Of a stretch of 64,000 nt of DNA, positions 9,975 to 18,890 are shown piece by piece. The notes under the pieces were generated by a model, which worked only from the letters and a program-made list of their open reading frames with translations, ran no database searches and had not been told where the DNA came from. Every line of letters begins with the position of its first letter. Positions within the stretch are counted from its first letter, which is position 1. A program made the translations under genes and the position numbers. This DNA comes from Thermoanaerobaculia bacterium (GTDB lineage: Bacteria; Acidobacteriota; Thermoanaerobaculia; Multivoradales; UBA5704), in the NCBI GenBank assembly GCA_044226625.1, contig JBGAGQ010000032.1, positions 1 through 64,000 of the forward strand, in the 5' to 3' direction.

Positions 9975-10967
9975 GTGAACCGCCATGACCCGTTGTTCAA
10001 AGATCTGTTCCGAGCGTTCTTCCGCGACCTGCTCCGCCTCGCGGATCCCGATCCCCGAGGCGTTTTCGCGAAGCGGCTCGGAAAAGCGGAGCTTCAATTC
10101 CTGGACAAGGAGGTCTTTCACTCCGAGGGTCGTCGCCACGAGGTCGACCTGCTCGTGGAGGTTCCTCCTCAAAGGGGTAGTCCGGCGTTTCTCGTCCACG
10201 TCGAAATCGAGCGTAGATTCCGAACCGATTTCGGCCGTCGCCTCGCCCGCTACTCTCGTCTGCTCCACCTGCGTCAAGACCAGCCGGTGGTCTCGATCGT
10301 AGTCTTCCTCCAGGGCGGGCCACCCGGTGCCTGCTGGATCGAGCGAAGCGAGCGCGTACTCGGAATGGAGATCGGGCGCCTTCGCTACCTTTGCCTAGGA
10401 CTGTCCGGTCTTCGAGCGAGTGAGTTGCTCGATCGCTCGGAGCCCCTCGCTTGGGCGCTCGCTTCCCTCGCCAATCCCGAGGAGATGGGACGCGTGCTCC
10501 TCAAGATAGAAATCCTTCGGAAGATTGCGAAGGCTACGATGGCCGAGGAAGAGCGATTCCAGTTGACCAACTGTGTCGAGACATATCTACAATTGACCGG
10601 GCAGGAGGCCAACGCGTTTTTCCAATTGCGCCAGGCACCGGGATATCAGGAGGTCGAAGCCATGCAAACGACATGGGCGGAGCGTATGGAGGCGCAGTAC
10701 ATGCGAAGGGGGATGGCGAAGGGCCTCAAGCAGGGCCTGGAACAGGGAATGGAGCAAGGCCTGGAGCAAGGCCTGGAGCAGGGCCTTCTGCGCGGCGCCA
10801 ACCGACTTCGCGCGACCCTTCTTCGGCAGATCGAGCAACGCTTCGGCGCAGTTCCACCGAACGTTACGAAGCGGATCGAGGCGATCGCCTCCCTGGATCA
10901 GCTCGCCGAGCTGGCGGACCGGATCCTGGAAGTCAGATCTCTCGAGGAGCTCGGCCTCGGAAAATAG
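9975..10967 (+). CDS. Rpn/YhgA-like PD-(D/E)XK nuclease with a DUF4351-like C-terminus
   Basis: HDPLFKDLF, VDLLVEV...VHVEIE, GLEQ repeats and LLRQIEQRFG...LDQLAELADRIL tail; AGGAGG SD before GTG. Confidence 0.85.
   Translation: MNRHDPLFKDLFRAFFRDLLRLADPDPRGVFAKRLGKAELQFLDKEVFHSEGRRHEVDLLVEVPPQRGSPAFLVHVEIERRFRTDFGRRLARYSRLLHLRQDQPVVSIVVFLQGGPPGACWIERSERVLGMEIGRLRYLCLGLSGLRASELLDRSEPLAWALASLANPEEMGRVLLKIEILRKIAKATMAEEERFQLTNCVETYLQLTGQEANAFFQLRQAPGYQEVEAMQTTWAERMEAQYMRRGMAKGLKQGLEQGMEQGLEQGLEQGLLRGANRLRATLLRQIEQRFGAVPPNVTKRIEAIASLDQLAELADRILEVRSLEELGLGK
10662..10967 (+). CDS. Putative internally initiated small Rpn protein (RpnS-like antitoxin)
   Basis: AGGAGG at 10648-10653, 8 nt before the in-frame ATG 10662 (MQTTWAERMEAQY...), just ahead of the repeat/C-terminal domain. 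Confidence 0.55.
   Translation: MQTTWAERMEAQYMRRGMAKGLKQGLEQGMEQGLEQGLEQGLLRGANRLRATLLRQIEQRFGAVPPNVTKRIEAIASLDQLAELADRILEVRSLEELGLGK
10722..10787 (+). repeat. Coding 12-bp tandem repeat (GLEQ, about 5.5 copies)
   Basis: ggcctcaagcag ggcctggaacag ggaatggagcaa ggcctggagcaa ggcctggagcag ggcctt. Confidence 0.9.
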
Positions 10968-10975
10968 GTCCGGCG

Positions 10976-11011
10976 GCGCCGGTGGGGATGAGGCTCCATC
11001 CCCACCGGCGC
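10976..11011. terminator. Perfect 15-bp hairpin between convergent genes
   Basis: gcgccggtggggatg-aggctc-catccccaccggcgc; no U-tract. Confidence 0.55.
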
Positions 11012-11023
11012 AAGTCCCCTGGA

Positions 11024-13834
11024 CTAGAAGCTCACCCTCACCCCCAACCGGAACGAAGTCGGCGCGGTTCGTAGAACCGGTTTGCCGTAGCCTGAGTTCG
11101 TCGGTGTGGGCAGGGCGTTGTCCGATTCCTGGAAGCCCCAGCGCTGATCGAGCAGGATGGGCTTCTGGGCGTTCAGGGCGTTGAAGACGTCGAGGAGCAG
11201 GTTGATCGTCGCGGGGCCTGCTTTCACCGGATATCCGAAATGAAGGTCGGCTTCGCAGGTCCCGGGGGAACGACCCTCGGCGCCTCGTGGCGTGAGGAAG
11301 AACTCGTATCGGCCGTAGGCGTCGGAGTAGCCGTAGCGAGTGAGCGGCGTGCCCGATCGGTAATAGGCCGAGGCGCCGACCTGCAGCTTCCACGGCGTGA
11401 GGTAGAGGCCGGACACCTTGAGCTGATGCCGACGGTCGTTCGAAAGCGGCCCGTTGTTGGTGATCCGGGTTAGGTCGCTACCGTTGGTGAAGAAGTCGAA
11501 ATAGTCGTAGGCGGCCGAGATGTTCGGGTCGGCGCCGACGTTGGTGAACGGCGCGTATTCGCCGTCGAAATTTCCGTCGAGCTTCGAGTAGATGTAGGAG
11601 GCGAGCGCCTGCCAGTTCTTGGAGAAGCGCTTGGTCACGTCGACCTGGAGGCCCTTGTACTCCCGCTTCGGCTTGGGCGCCGGGAAGGTGCGCGAGTAGT
11701 CGAGGGTGAAGACCCGCTTGAAGAAGCCCTCGCCGGGGTTGCCGATGCAGTAGGTGCCGTCGTCGGCGCAGAGGAAATCCTCGATTACCCGGTCGTACTT
11801 GCGGAAGATGAGCTTCGCGCCGACCGCCACGTCGGGCATCACCTCGCGCTCGCCGCCGACGATCACCTCGGTGAGGTACTGCCCCTTGATGTTCGGATCC
11901 GACGGCTCGGTAAAGCCGCCGAGGATCGCCGAATCGGTCCCAAGGCTCGCCTCCGCGGCGGCGTCGGGCCGGATGTCGGTGGGCGAGAAGTTGACGATCC
12001 GGGGCTGACGCTCGAACGAGAACGAGCGGATCACCAGGTCCATCGGCAACTGCTCGTAGTAGCGACCATACGAGCCGAACACTTTGCTGCGATTGTCCGA
12101 GGTCGGGTCCCAGACGAAACCGAGGCGCGGCGCGTAATCGTCGGCGAGGTCGATCTGCTGCGTTCCCGCGGCGTCGATGATCTGCTGACGATCCCACCGA
12201 ACGCCCAGATTGAGCGTCAGGTTCGGGCGCACCGACCAGCCGTCCTGGAGGTAGAGCGTCGTGTTCTTGTGCTCGGGCGCGGCGGTGAGCTGCCCCAGCG
12301 GCGCGTTCGCCACCGTGGCGTCGGGCGTCGTCCAATAGTGGTGCACGTAGATCGGCCGGTTCGGGTTGTCGGGGTTCCGGAACACGTCGACCTGCTGGCC
12401 GCCCGACTGGCGGCGCACTACGTCCGCCTTCTCCTTCTCGTACTCGAGGCCCAGCTTCAGGTCGTGCCGTCCGAGGTAGCGCGCGACGGTCGCTCCGGCG
12501 TGGTCACGCTGGAACTCCTTGTCCTGGATCAGCCCGAAACCGCCGGTCTGGAAGAAGTTGTCCTCGACGTCGCGGAACTGCACGGTGTCGCCCGTCGCGG
12601 ACGCCGGACCGACCGAGTTCTTCTCCTCGTGCCGCGCGAGCTGGCCGGTGACGACCCAGTTCGAGGCGACGATCCCTTGGTAGCGCAGCGCGTAGTCCTT
12701 ACCCCCCAGCTCGATCCGGCCGGTGTAGGTCGCCGGGTCGCCGTTGAGCGAATGGGTGGAGTCGTTGATCGCCCCGGTGTCTTCGCGCGGATCTTGGAAG
12801 AAGCTGCCGATCAGCGACTGGCTCTCGGTCAGCCGGTAAGTGAGCTTCGCGGCTCCCAGGTCGCGGTCGGAGTCGGAATCGACCTGCTGGCCCGCGCGCG
12901 GGCCGGCCGGCAGCGAGCTCGTCAGGGTGTTGCTCACCTTGTCGTAGGCGGCAAAGAACCAGAGCTTGTCCTTCTTCAGGAATCCGCCGAGGCCGAGGCC
13001 GTAGTCCTGCCGGGAGAATCCTTCGACCGTGCCGCCGGTCGAAACCACCGGATCGGGGCTCGACTGGAGCGAATCGTTGTCGAGATAGCCGAACAGGTCG
13101 CCGTGAAACTCGTTGCCGCCGGACTTGGTGACGACGTTGATCACGCCGCCGGTCGAGCGGCCGAACTCGGCCTGGTAGCCGCCGGTCTTGACGTCGACCG
13201 CCTCGATGAACTCGAAGTTCAGCTCCTTGCCCTGGAACCCGTACTCGACCCCCGTGGTGTTGACGCCGTCGATGTAGAAGACGTTCTCGGCGCCGGAGGA
13301 GCCGTAGATCGAGATCGTCGTCTGCCCCTGGTTTTCCGGGTTCGCGTCGGAGGAGACGCCGGGGGTGATCTGGACCACGGACGAATAGTTGCGCGCGGTG
13401 GGCAGCGTTTGGATCGCCCGTACGTCGAGGTTCGAGCCGAGGGCGGTCGACGTGGCGTCGATCACCGGCGCCTCGCCGGTCACCGTGATCTGGTCCGAGG
13501 CGGTGACCCGGAGGGCGAAGTCGAGCGTGGTCCCCTTGTCGAGGCCGACGGACACGCCGGAGCGCGCGTCGGGCGCAAACCCTTCGAGGGTGGCGGTCAC
13601 GGCGTAGTTTCCCGGCGGCAGCAGGGTCAGACGGAAGTCGCCGTTGGCGTCGGCGACCGTCGTGCGGGTTCCCTGGAGCGACGGGCTCGAAGCCTCGACG
13701 GTCGTGCCGGGAAGCGGCGCGCCGCTTTCGTCGATGACCCGGCCGGAGATCGAGCCGGTCGTCTGGGCGGACAGGTTCGCGGCGGCCACCACGAGAAGGC
13801 CCGTGGCGATGCCGAGGAAACGAACGAACTTCAT
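11024..13834 (-). CDS. TonB-dependent receptor, Oar-like, with an N-terminal carboxypeptidase-regulatory-like domain
   Basis: Signal peptide; AQTTGSISGRVIDESGAPLPG; plug motif YQAEFGRSTGGVINVVTKSGGNEFHG; LTLNLGVRWD; C-terminal GVRVSF. Confidence 0.93.
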   Translation of the reverse strand: MKFVRFLGIATGLLVVAAANLSAQTTGSISGRVIDESGAPLPGTTVEASSPSLQGTRTTVADANGDFRLTLLPPGNYAVTATLEGFAPDARSGVSVGLDKGTTLDFALRVTASDQITVTGEAPVIDATSTALGSNLDVRAIQTLPTARNYSSVVQITPGVSSDANPENQGQTTISIYGSSGAENVFYIDGVNTTGVEYGFQGKELNFEFIEAVDVKTGGYQAEFGRSTGGVINVVTKSGGNEFHGDLFGYLDNDSLQSSPDPVVSTGGTVEGFSRQDYGLGLGGFLKKDKLWFFAAYDKVSNTLTSSLPAGPRAGQQVDSDSDRDLGAAKLTYRLTESQSLIGSFFQDPREDTGAINDSTHSLNGDPATYTGRIELGGKDYALRYQGIVASNWVVTGQLARHEEKNSVGPASATGDTVQFRDVEDNFFQTGGFGLIQDKEFQRDHAGATVARYLGRHDLKLGLEYEKEKADVVRRQSGGQQVDVFRNPDNPNRPIYVHHYWTTPDATVANAPLGQLTAAPEHKNTTLYLQDGWSVRPNLTLNLGVRWDRQQIIDAAGTQQIDLADDYAPRLGFVWDPTSDNRSKVFGSYGRYYEQLPMDLVIRSFSFERQPRIVNFSPTDIRPDAAAEASLGTDSAILGGFTEPSDPNIKGQYLTEVIVGGEREVMPDVAVGAKLIFRKYDRVIEDFLCADDGTYCIGNPGEGFFKRVFTLDYSRTFPAPKPKREYKGLQVDVTKRFSKNWQALASYIYSKLDGNFDGEYAPFTNVGADPNISAAYDYFDFFTNGSDLTRITNNGPLSNDRRHQLKVSGLYLTPWKLQVGASAYYRSGTPLTRYGYSDAYGRYEFFLTPRGAEGRSPGTCEADLHFGYPVKAGPATINLLLDVFNALNAQKPILLDQRWGFQESDNALPTPTNSGYGKPVLRTAPTSFRLGVRVSF

Positions 13835-13919
13835 GGCCGATCTCTCCTCTGGAAGAACGAAAGCTTGGGTTCAAAACGAGCGGGTGACAAGCTATTACAA
13901 AACCCGAGGAGCCACCACC

Positions 13920-14600
13920 TTGACGACTCCCCTCCCCCGCTGGCGCATTCCCCGGGCGCCGAGACCGCTCGATGTAGCCGACGTCGTCGGCCCCTGGGCT
14001 TGGCGGGAGATCCCCCGCCTTCCCCCGGTCGTCCGCTCCGACGGGACCGGTCCGGCGGTCTGGCCGACGGCGGTGCGGGTCTGTCACGACGAGCACGCGC
14101 TCGCGGTCCGTTTCGATTGCGTCGATCGCGCCGCGTGGGGCACCTTCTCGCGGCGCGACGATCCGATCTGGCTGGAGGAGGCGGTCGAGCTGTTTCTCGC
14201 CCTCGGGCTCGAGGATCCGCGCCACTATTTCGAATTCGAGATCAGCCCGCGCGGGGTCCTGTTCGATGCCCGGGTCGAGAATCCCACCGGTCGTCGAGCG
14301 GACCTGGCGGTCGAAACGGCCTGGGACGGACCCGGGCTTCGCTGGGGAACTGGGACGACCGACCTTCTGCCGAGGAGCTTCGAGGCGCAGGACTGGTGGG
14401 CCGTGCTGGTCATCCCCTGGGCGTCGGTCGCCGGAGCGGGCCCGATTCCCGACCAGATCCGCGCGAACTTCTATCGGATCGAACGGCCGCCGGGCGGACC
14501 GGACGAGTTTTCGGCTTGGTCGCCGACGCTCGCCGACCCGCCCGACTTTCACCAGCCGGCGAGGTTCGGCGTTCTGTCTTTCGGCGGCCGGATCGCGTAG
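13920..14600 (+). CDS. Carbohydrate-binding family 9-like (DOMON-like) protein
   Basis: RDDPIWLEEAVELFL, YFEFEISPRG, RANFYRI and AWSPT...DFHQPARFG; GAGGAG then TTG at 13920. Confidence 0.8.
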   Translation: MTTPLPRWRIPRAPRPLDVADVVGPWAWREIPRLPPVVRSDGTGPAVWPTAVRVCHDEHALAVRFDCVDRAAWGTFSRRDDPIWLEEAVELFLALGLEDPRHYFEFEISPRGVLFDARVENPTGRRADLAVETAWDGPGLRWGTGTTDLLPRSFEAQDWWAVLVIPWASVAGAGPIPDQIRANFYRIERPPGGPDEFSAWSPTLADPPDFHQPARFGVLSFGGRIA

Positions 14601-16549
14601 ACCTCGTCGCCGAGGCTCGAAAAGACCCGCTCGACCTCGCCCCCCATCCGATCGCTCCACTCGGCGAGATCCGCCCCAGAGAGATGGAGCTTTCGGTTCC
14701 GGGTGTGGAACACCAAGTGCGTTATCCCGAGCTGCCGGAGCCGCTCGAGGTCGGGCCGGCGCGGCGCGGCGCGCAAGCGGGCGGCGAGCTCCTGATGGAG
14801 CGGCGGATCGTAGCCCGAGAAGCCGTTCGCGATCGGCTTCCAATGGAGGGTCGAGTAATACATGTACGACGTCTCGGAGGGGTTCGAGAACATCGGCACC
14901 TCCGCGATCGCCAGCACCTCCGGGCGCGCCGCGAGCCAGCGGTAGACCGGCGGGAACTCGCTCTCCTGAAGCACCCGCATCCAGCGCATCGATCGCGGAG
15001 CGAGCTCCCATACGGCGAACGCGGACAGCGCCGTGGCGCAGGCGGCGACCAGGAGCAGACGCTTTCGCGGGTTGCGCACCCGGTCGGTGATCCAGGCCGT
15101 GGCGCGATCGAGGCCCAGGCCGGCGAAGGCGGCGAGGGTGAACGTCACGAACAGCCCGAAACGGGCGGAGACCCTCATTCCGGAGAGACCGGGCAGCAGG
15201 CGCATCGCCGGGACGTAAAACGCCGGGAAGGAGAGAAGGAACGAGAGCGCGCCGCCGAGCGCGAGGCCCGACCACCAGGAGGTCGAGTCTGCCGGCAAAC
15301 GCGACGGGTCGAGAAGGGGCGGCGCGCCGGCACGGCGTCGTAGCCAAAGGAAGCCGAACAGCCCGACGGCGGCGATCGCCCCGAGCGTCCACCAGACCTC
15401 TTCGGAGGGGAGAGGACCTCGACCCGGGCCGCGAAGGGTGAGCCGGTCGCCCCAGGCGAGGCTGCCGAGGGCCAACGCCGACAGCGCGGCGGCGGCCGCG
15501 GCGGTGCCTTTCTTTCGCCGCCACCAAGGCGTCTCGCCCGGTGCCCGGCGGCCGCGAGCCGCCCAGACCGCCGCCAGCCCGAGTCCGGTCGCGAGGAGGC
15601 CCGGAAACAGCGCGTTTTCCGAGCGGGTGAGCGCTCCTTCGAGCGCGGGTGCCGCTCGGCGCATCCGGTACTTCAATCCGCCATCGAAGTAGCTCGCGCC
15701 CGGAGCCGGCGAAAGGTAGCTCGCGAACGCACCTCCGAACATTCCGATGTCGGTCGCTTTCCGCTCCAGCCGGTGGGCGCGGGAAAAGTGGCGGTACGGC
15801 AGGAAGATCGGGCCGAGCCCAATCAGGGCGACCAGCGCGGTCGCCGAAAACAGCGTGAGGGCTCGGCGCGAGAGCAAGTCCGCACGCTTCTCCCGAGCCA
15901 GCCTGACCACAAACAGGGCCGCGAGCGGCACGTGGATCATGTAGGCAAGGTAGGCGCCGCCGGTGACGTGGAGCAGGTAAAACAGCAGGAACCAGGCCGC
16001 CCGGCGCGGCGTCCGCTCGACCAGCAGGCGATCGAAATGCCAGAGCGTGAGCGGCAGCCACTGCATCAGGAGCACCTGGAGGTGCCACATCTGGCTCCAC
16101 CGGTAGGGGCAGAAGGCAAACAGCGCCCCGCCGAGAAACGCCCCCGCGCGCGAGCAGCCCGCCTGGCGAAGTACCCAGGCGGTCGACGCCGCCGTGAGCA
16201 CGAACGAGCTCCAGAGCAGGAGGTTGTAGCCTGCGATCGCGCTCGGCAGCAGCGGCCGCAAGAGAAAGAGCTCGAACGCCGGCCCGAGAAGATGGTCGGA
16301 CAGCGTGAGCGTCCCCTTCATCGGAAAGAAGAAGTTCGCGTTCCAGACGTCCGGCAGGCCCAGCCCGATCTGATAGATTCCCCACTTCAGGAAATAGAGG
16401 TTGAGGATCGGGTCGCCCGGCCCCGGCGCGATGTGATCCCCGCCCATCCGCCAGATCGGGCGCAGGAAAAAGGTCGCGAGGAGGGCGTAAGCGAACAGGC
16501 CCAGAGCACCGGGCGACCAGCGAGACCCAAGGCGGCGGAGTCGTTGCAC
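14549..16549 (-). CDS. Polytopic membrane protein, GT-C-like (YfhO-related)
   Basis: About 12 hydrophobic segments; first loop GDPILNLYFLKWG...WNANFFFP; soluble tail YSTLHWKPIANGFSGY. Confidence 0.65.
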   Translation of the reverse strand: MQRLRRLGSRWSPGALGLFAYALLATFFLRPIWRMGGDHIAPGPGDPILNLYFLKWGIYQIGLGLPDVWNANFFFPMKGTLTLSDHLLGPAFELFLLRPLLPSAIAGYNLLLWSSFVLTAASTAWVLRQAGCSRAGAFLGGALFAFCPYRWSQMWHLQVLLMQWLPLTLWHFDRLLVERTPRRAAWFLLFYLLHVTGGAYLAYMIHVPLAALFVVRLAREKRADLLSRRALTLFSATALVALIGLGPIFLPYRHFSRAHRLERKATDIGMFGGAFASYLSPAPGASYFDGGLKYRMRRAAPALEGALTRSENALFPGLLATGLGLAAVWAARGRRAPGETPWWRRKKGTAAAAAALSALALGSLAWGDRLTLRGPGRGPLPSEEVWWTLGAIAAVGLFGFLWLRRRAGAPPLLDPSRLPADSTSWWSGLALGGALSFLLSFPAFYVPAMRLLPGLSGMRVSARFGLFVTFTLAAFAGLGLDRATAWITDRVRNPRKRLLLVAACATALSAFAVWELAPRSMRWMRVLQESEFPPVYRWLAARPEVLAIAEVPMFSNPSETSYMYYSTLHWKPIANGFSGYDPPLHQELAARLRAAPRRPDLERLRQLGITHLVFHTRNRKLHLSGADLAEWSDRMGGEVERVFSSLGDEVYAIRPPKDRTPNLAGW

Positions 16550-16617
16550 GGAGGGCTCGAGTTTACCCCGGGGAGGCGCCCGGCGAGGGCGACCCCCTGC
16601 GCTATCCTCCGGGGCTC

Positions 16618-18060
16618 ATGTTTCGCCGAGACCCGATCCCGATGTCGCAAGCCGCGCGTGCACCGCTCTCGTCCGGCGAGCGCGCGGCTTGGGTGGCGAT
16701 CTTTCTCTCCGGACTCGGCATCTCGGGGGTCATGGTGGCGCGCAGCCAGGTCGGCGGCGATCAGTTGAACCTGCTCGCCCGAGGCTGGCTGCTCGCGGTC
16801 GATCGAGTCTTTATTCCCTACGGCAATCCGCTCTCGAGCGGAGGCAACGCCGCCGGGGGGGTCACGACGCTCCTGGTGGGGTTGCCGCTGTTCCTATGGC
16901 GCGATCATCGCGCGACGACCGCCCTGATCCTTCTCTTTCACATCGCGGCCTACGCCCTGCTCGATCGTATCGTCGCCCGCGACCTCGGCGCGCGCGCCCG
17001 GGTGCCGTTCGCCCTCCTCTACTGGCTGAATCCCTGGCGGCTCTATCACTCGGCGTTCCTGTGGAATCCGAACTATCTGTTCCTGTTCGGCGCGCTCCAT
17101 CTCTGGTCGATACGCCGTCAGCGCGAGCGGCCCGACCTCTTCGCCTCGGCGGTGCTCGCCGCGAGCCTCGTCCTCGCGTTCCAAATCCATCCCTCCGCGC
17201 TGCTCCTGGTCGGCTCGGCCGGCCTGCTCTGGCTCCGCCGGTCGTTCCGGTTGCACTGGACGGGGGCGACCTTGGGCGCCTTCGTCGGCGCGCTGCCGCT
17301 CGTGCCCTGGGCTCTCGCCTTGGGAAGCCATCCGGAGATCTCCGACGCGAGCCAGGGGTTCCTGTTTCGCGGCTTGATCTACGTGTTTCCGCTCGCGCGC
17401 GGCCTGCTCTATTGGCTGCGCCACGCGAGCCTTTCGATCGGCGGCAAGATGGCGGTGTTCGACTTCACGCCGGCGCTGGGCGCGGAGGTCGACGCGTGGC
17501 TCACACCCGTCGCGACGGGCCTCGCCGCGGTGGCCGCGCTCACGATGCTCGGGGTCCTCTGCGCGAACCTCCGGCTGCTCCGCAAGTTCCGCCGCCGCGG
17601 CCATCTCGTGAGGCGGCCCGCCGAAGCCGACCCGTTAAACGGACGGCGTTTCCTCGAGGAATACGCCTACGTCACCTTTCTCGCCGCCGTCGTGGTCTAT
17701 TGTGGCGCGCCCACCACCGTCATGAATTGGCAGGGCCTGGTGATCCTCCATGCCGCCGTCCTTCCGCCACTGCTCTGGATCGACACGCTGCTGCGTTCCC
17801 GGAACGCTCGGCGGGTCCAGGGCGCTTTGGCCGCGACCGGCATCCTGGCCGCGCTCCTGCTCGCGGCACAGGCCGTGGGGGCGACCCACTATCGCTGCGC
17901 GGGGCGCAAAGGGCTCGACCTCGCCCTCCGCTCCGACCACCCCATGCTGCACGAGCTCCACGTCGTCGATCGCTGTCCGCTGCCGCTGGATCGCCCGGGC
18001 GGCTGGTGGCCGGACGTGCTGCCGGAGGGCACTCTGGAAGGATCCGTCGACAGGCCTTAG
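16618..18060 (+). CDS. Polytopic membrane protein, ArnT/PMT-like GT-C candidate
   Basis: Multiple transmembrane segments; GGDQ in the first loop; LNPW...LWNPNY; QIHPS. Confidence 0.55.
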   Translation: MFRRDPIPMSQAARAPLSSGERAAWVAIFLSGLGISGVMVARSQVGGDQLNLLARGWLLAVDRVFIPYGNPLSSGGNAAGGVTTLLVGLPLFLWRDHRATTALILLFHIAAYALLDRIVARDLGARARVPFALLYWLNPWRLYHSAFLWNPNYLFLFGALHLWSIRRQRERPDLFASAVLAASLVLAFQIHPSALLLVGSAGLLWLRRSFRLHWTGATLGAFVGALPLVPWALALGSHPEISDASQGFLFRGLIYVFPLARGLLYWLRHASLSIGGKMAVFDFTPALGAEVDAWLTPVATGLAAVAALTMLGVLCANLRLLRKFRRRGHLVRRPAEADPLNGRRFLEEYAYVTFLAAVVVYCGAPTTVMNWQGLVILHAAVLPPLLWIDTLLRSRNARRVQGALAATGILAALLLAAQAVGATHYRCAGRKGLDLALRSDHPMLHELHVVDRCPLPLDRPGGWWPDVLPEGTLEGSVDRP

Positions 18061-18302
18061 CTCGACGTTTTCCTTGGATTCCGGCAACGTCCCGAAGCGC
18101 GCGCCGAACCCCGCCGGCAGCCCGCCCTCGCGGCCTCGCTCCGTCCCGCTCGACGAGGTTGTTCGCGAGGCAACCCCGGGGCGTATCTCGACCCGCCCCC
18201 GAGGGCGGTCCCCCTCGGCCGGCAGGGCGCTAAGTTGAGTTCGGCAGCAGGATTCTTCCGAGAGCGACTCCCCAAGAAAACCGGCTGCCCGAGGAGGACG
18301 TC

Positions 18303-18707
18303 ATGAGAAGGTCGCTGCCGATTTTCTTGCTGATTCTCACCGCGATGCTGCTGCTTCCCGCGATCGCGCAGGCCCAGAAAGTCATCACGCTAGAGCCCAC
18401 CCGCTTCGGCCTCACCGTCAACGCCAACGGCGAGGCGAGCCTCGAACGCCTGCCGCGCGACGGTTGGAAAGCGCTCGAAATCTTTACCATCGCGGTCCAC
18501 GCCGACATCCCCAACCGCGACGCGCTCGCGATCGAGGTCGAAACCAAGGGAGGCGTTTTCCAGCTCGGAGAGCTGCGGATGCTACTCAGCATGGGAACGA
18601 TGGAGAAATGGAACTCGATCGAGCCTTCGCCGGTCTTCCCGATCGACCAGATCAGCAAGATCACGGTCCGCTACGGAAAGACGGCGATCCTGGTCGGCTA
18701 CTTCTAG
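18303..18707 (+). CDS. Hypothetical secreted protein
   Basis: GAGGAGG SD, Sec signal ending AQA, normal codon usage, terminator downstream. Confidence 0.7.
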   Translation: MRRSLPIFLLILTAMLLLPAIAQAQKVITLEPTRFGLTVNANGEASLERLPRDGWKALEIFTIAVHADIPNRDALAIEVETKGGVFQLGELRMLLSMGTMEKWNSIEPSPVFPIDQISKITVRYGKTAILVGYF

Positions 18708-18757
18708 ATCTCTTCTAGATCTCTTTCCCATCCCCGCCATTTCGGGCGAAAAGCCGA

Positions 18758-18783
18758 GGGCGACCCCAAGGGTCGCCCCTTTT
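18758..18783 (+). terminator. Rho-independent terminator
   Basis: gggcgaccc-caa-gggtcgccc followed by ctttt. Confidence 0.7.
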
Positions 18784-18890
18784 CGTTGTATCGGAGCCAC
18801 TGCTCCCGACTATGATCTGCTCCTTCCCGGGCGCGACGCGACGCCCGGTGTTTTTCGGAGCATCCGCTCATGACGAAGGCCGGGTCACGA

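Noticed and set aside
9975-10967. Rpn gene as an IS transposase
   Set aside because: No terminal inverted repeats or target duplication seen, and the family is a PD-(D/E)XK nuclease, not a DDE transposase.
12269-16385. Very long ORFs 12269-15343 (+, 1024 aa) and 12699-16385 (-, 1228 aa)
   Set aside because: Shadow frames of real high-GC genes; low-complexity translations with no motifs.
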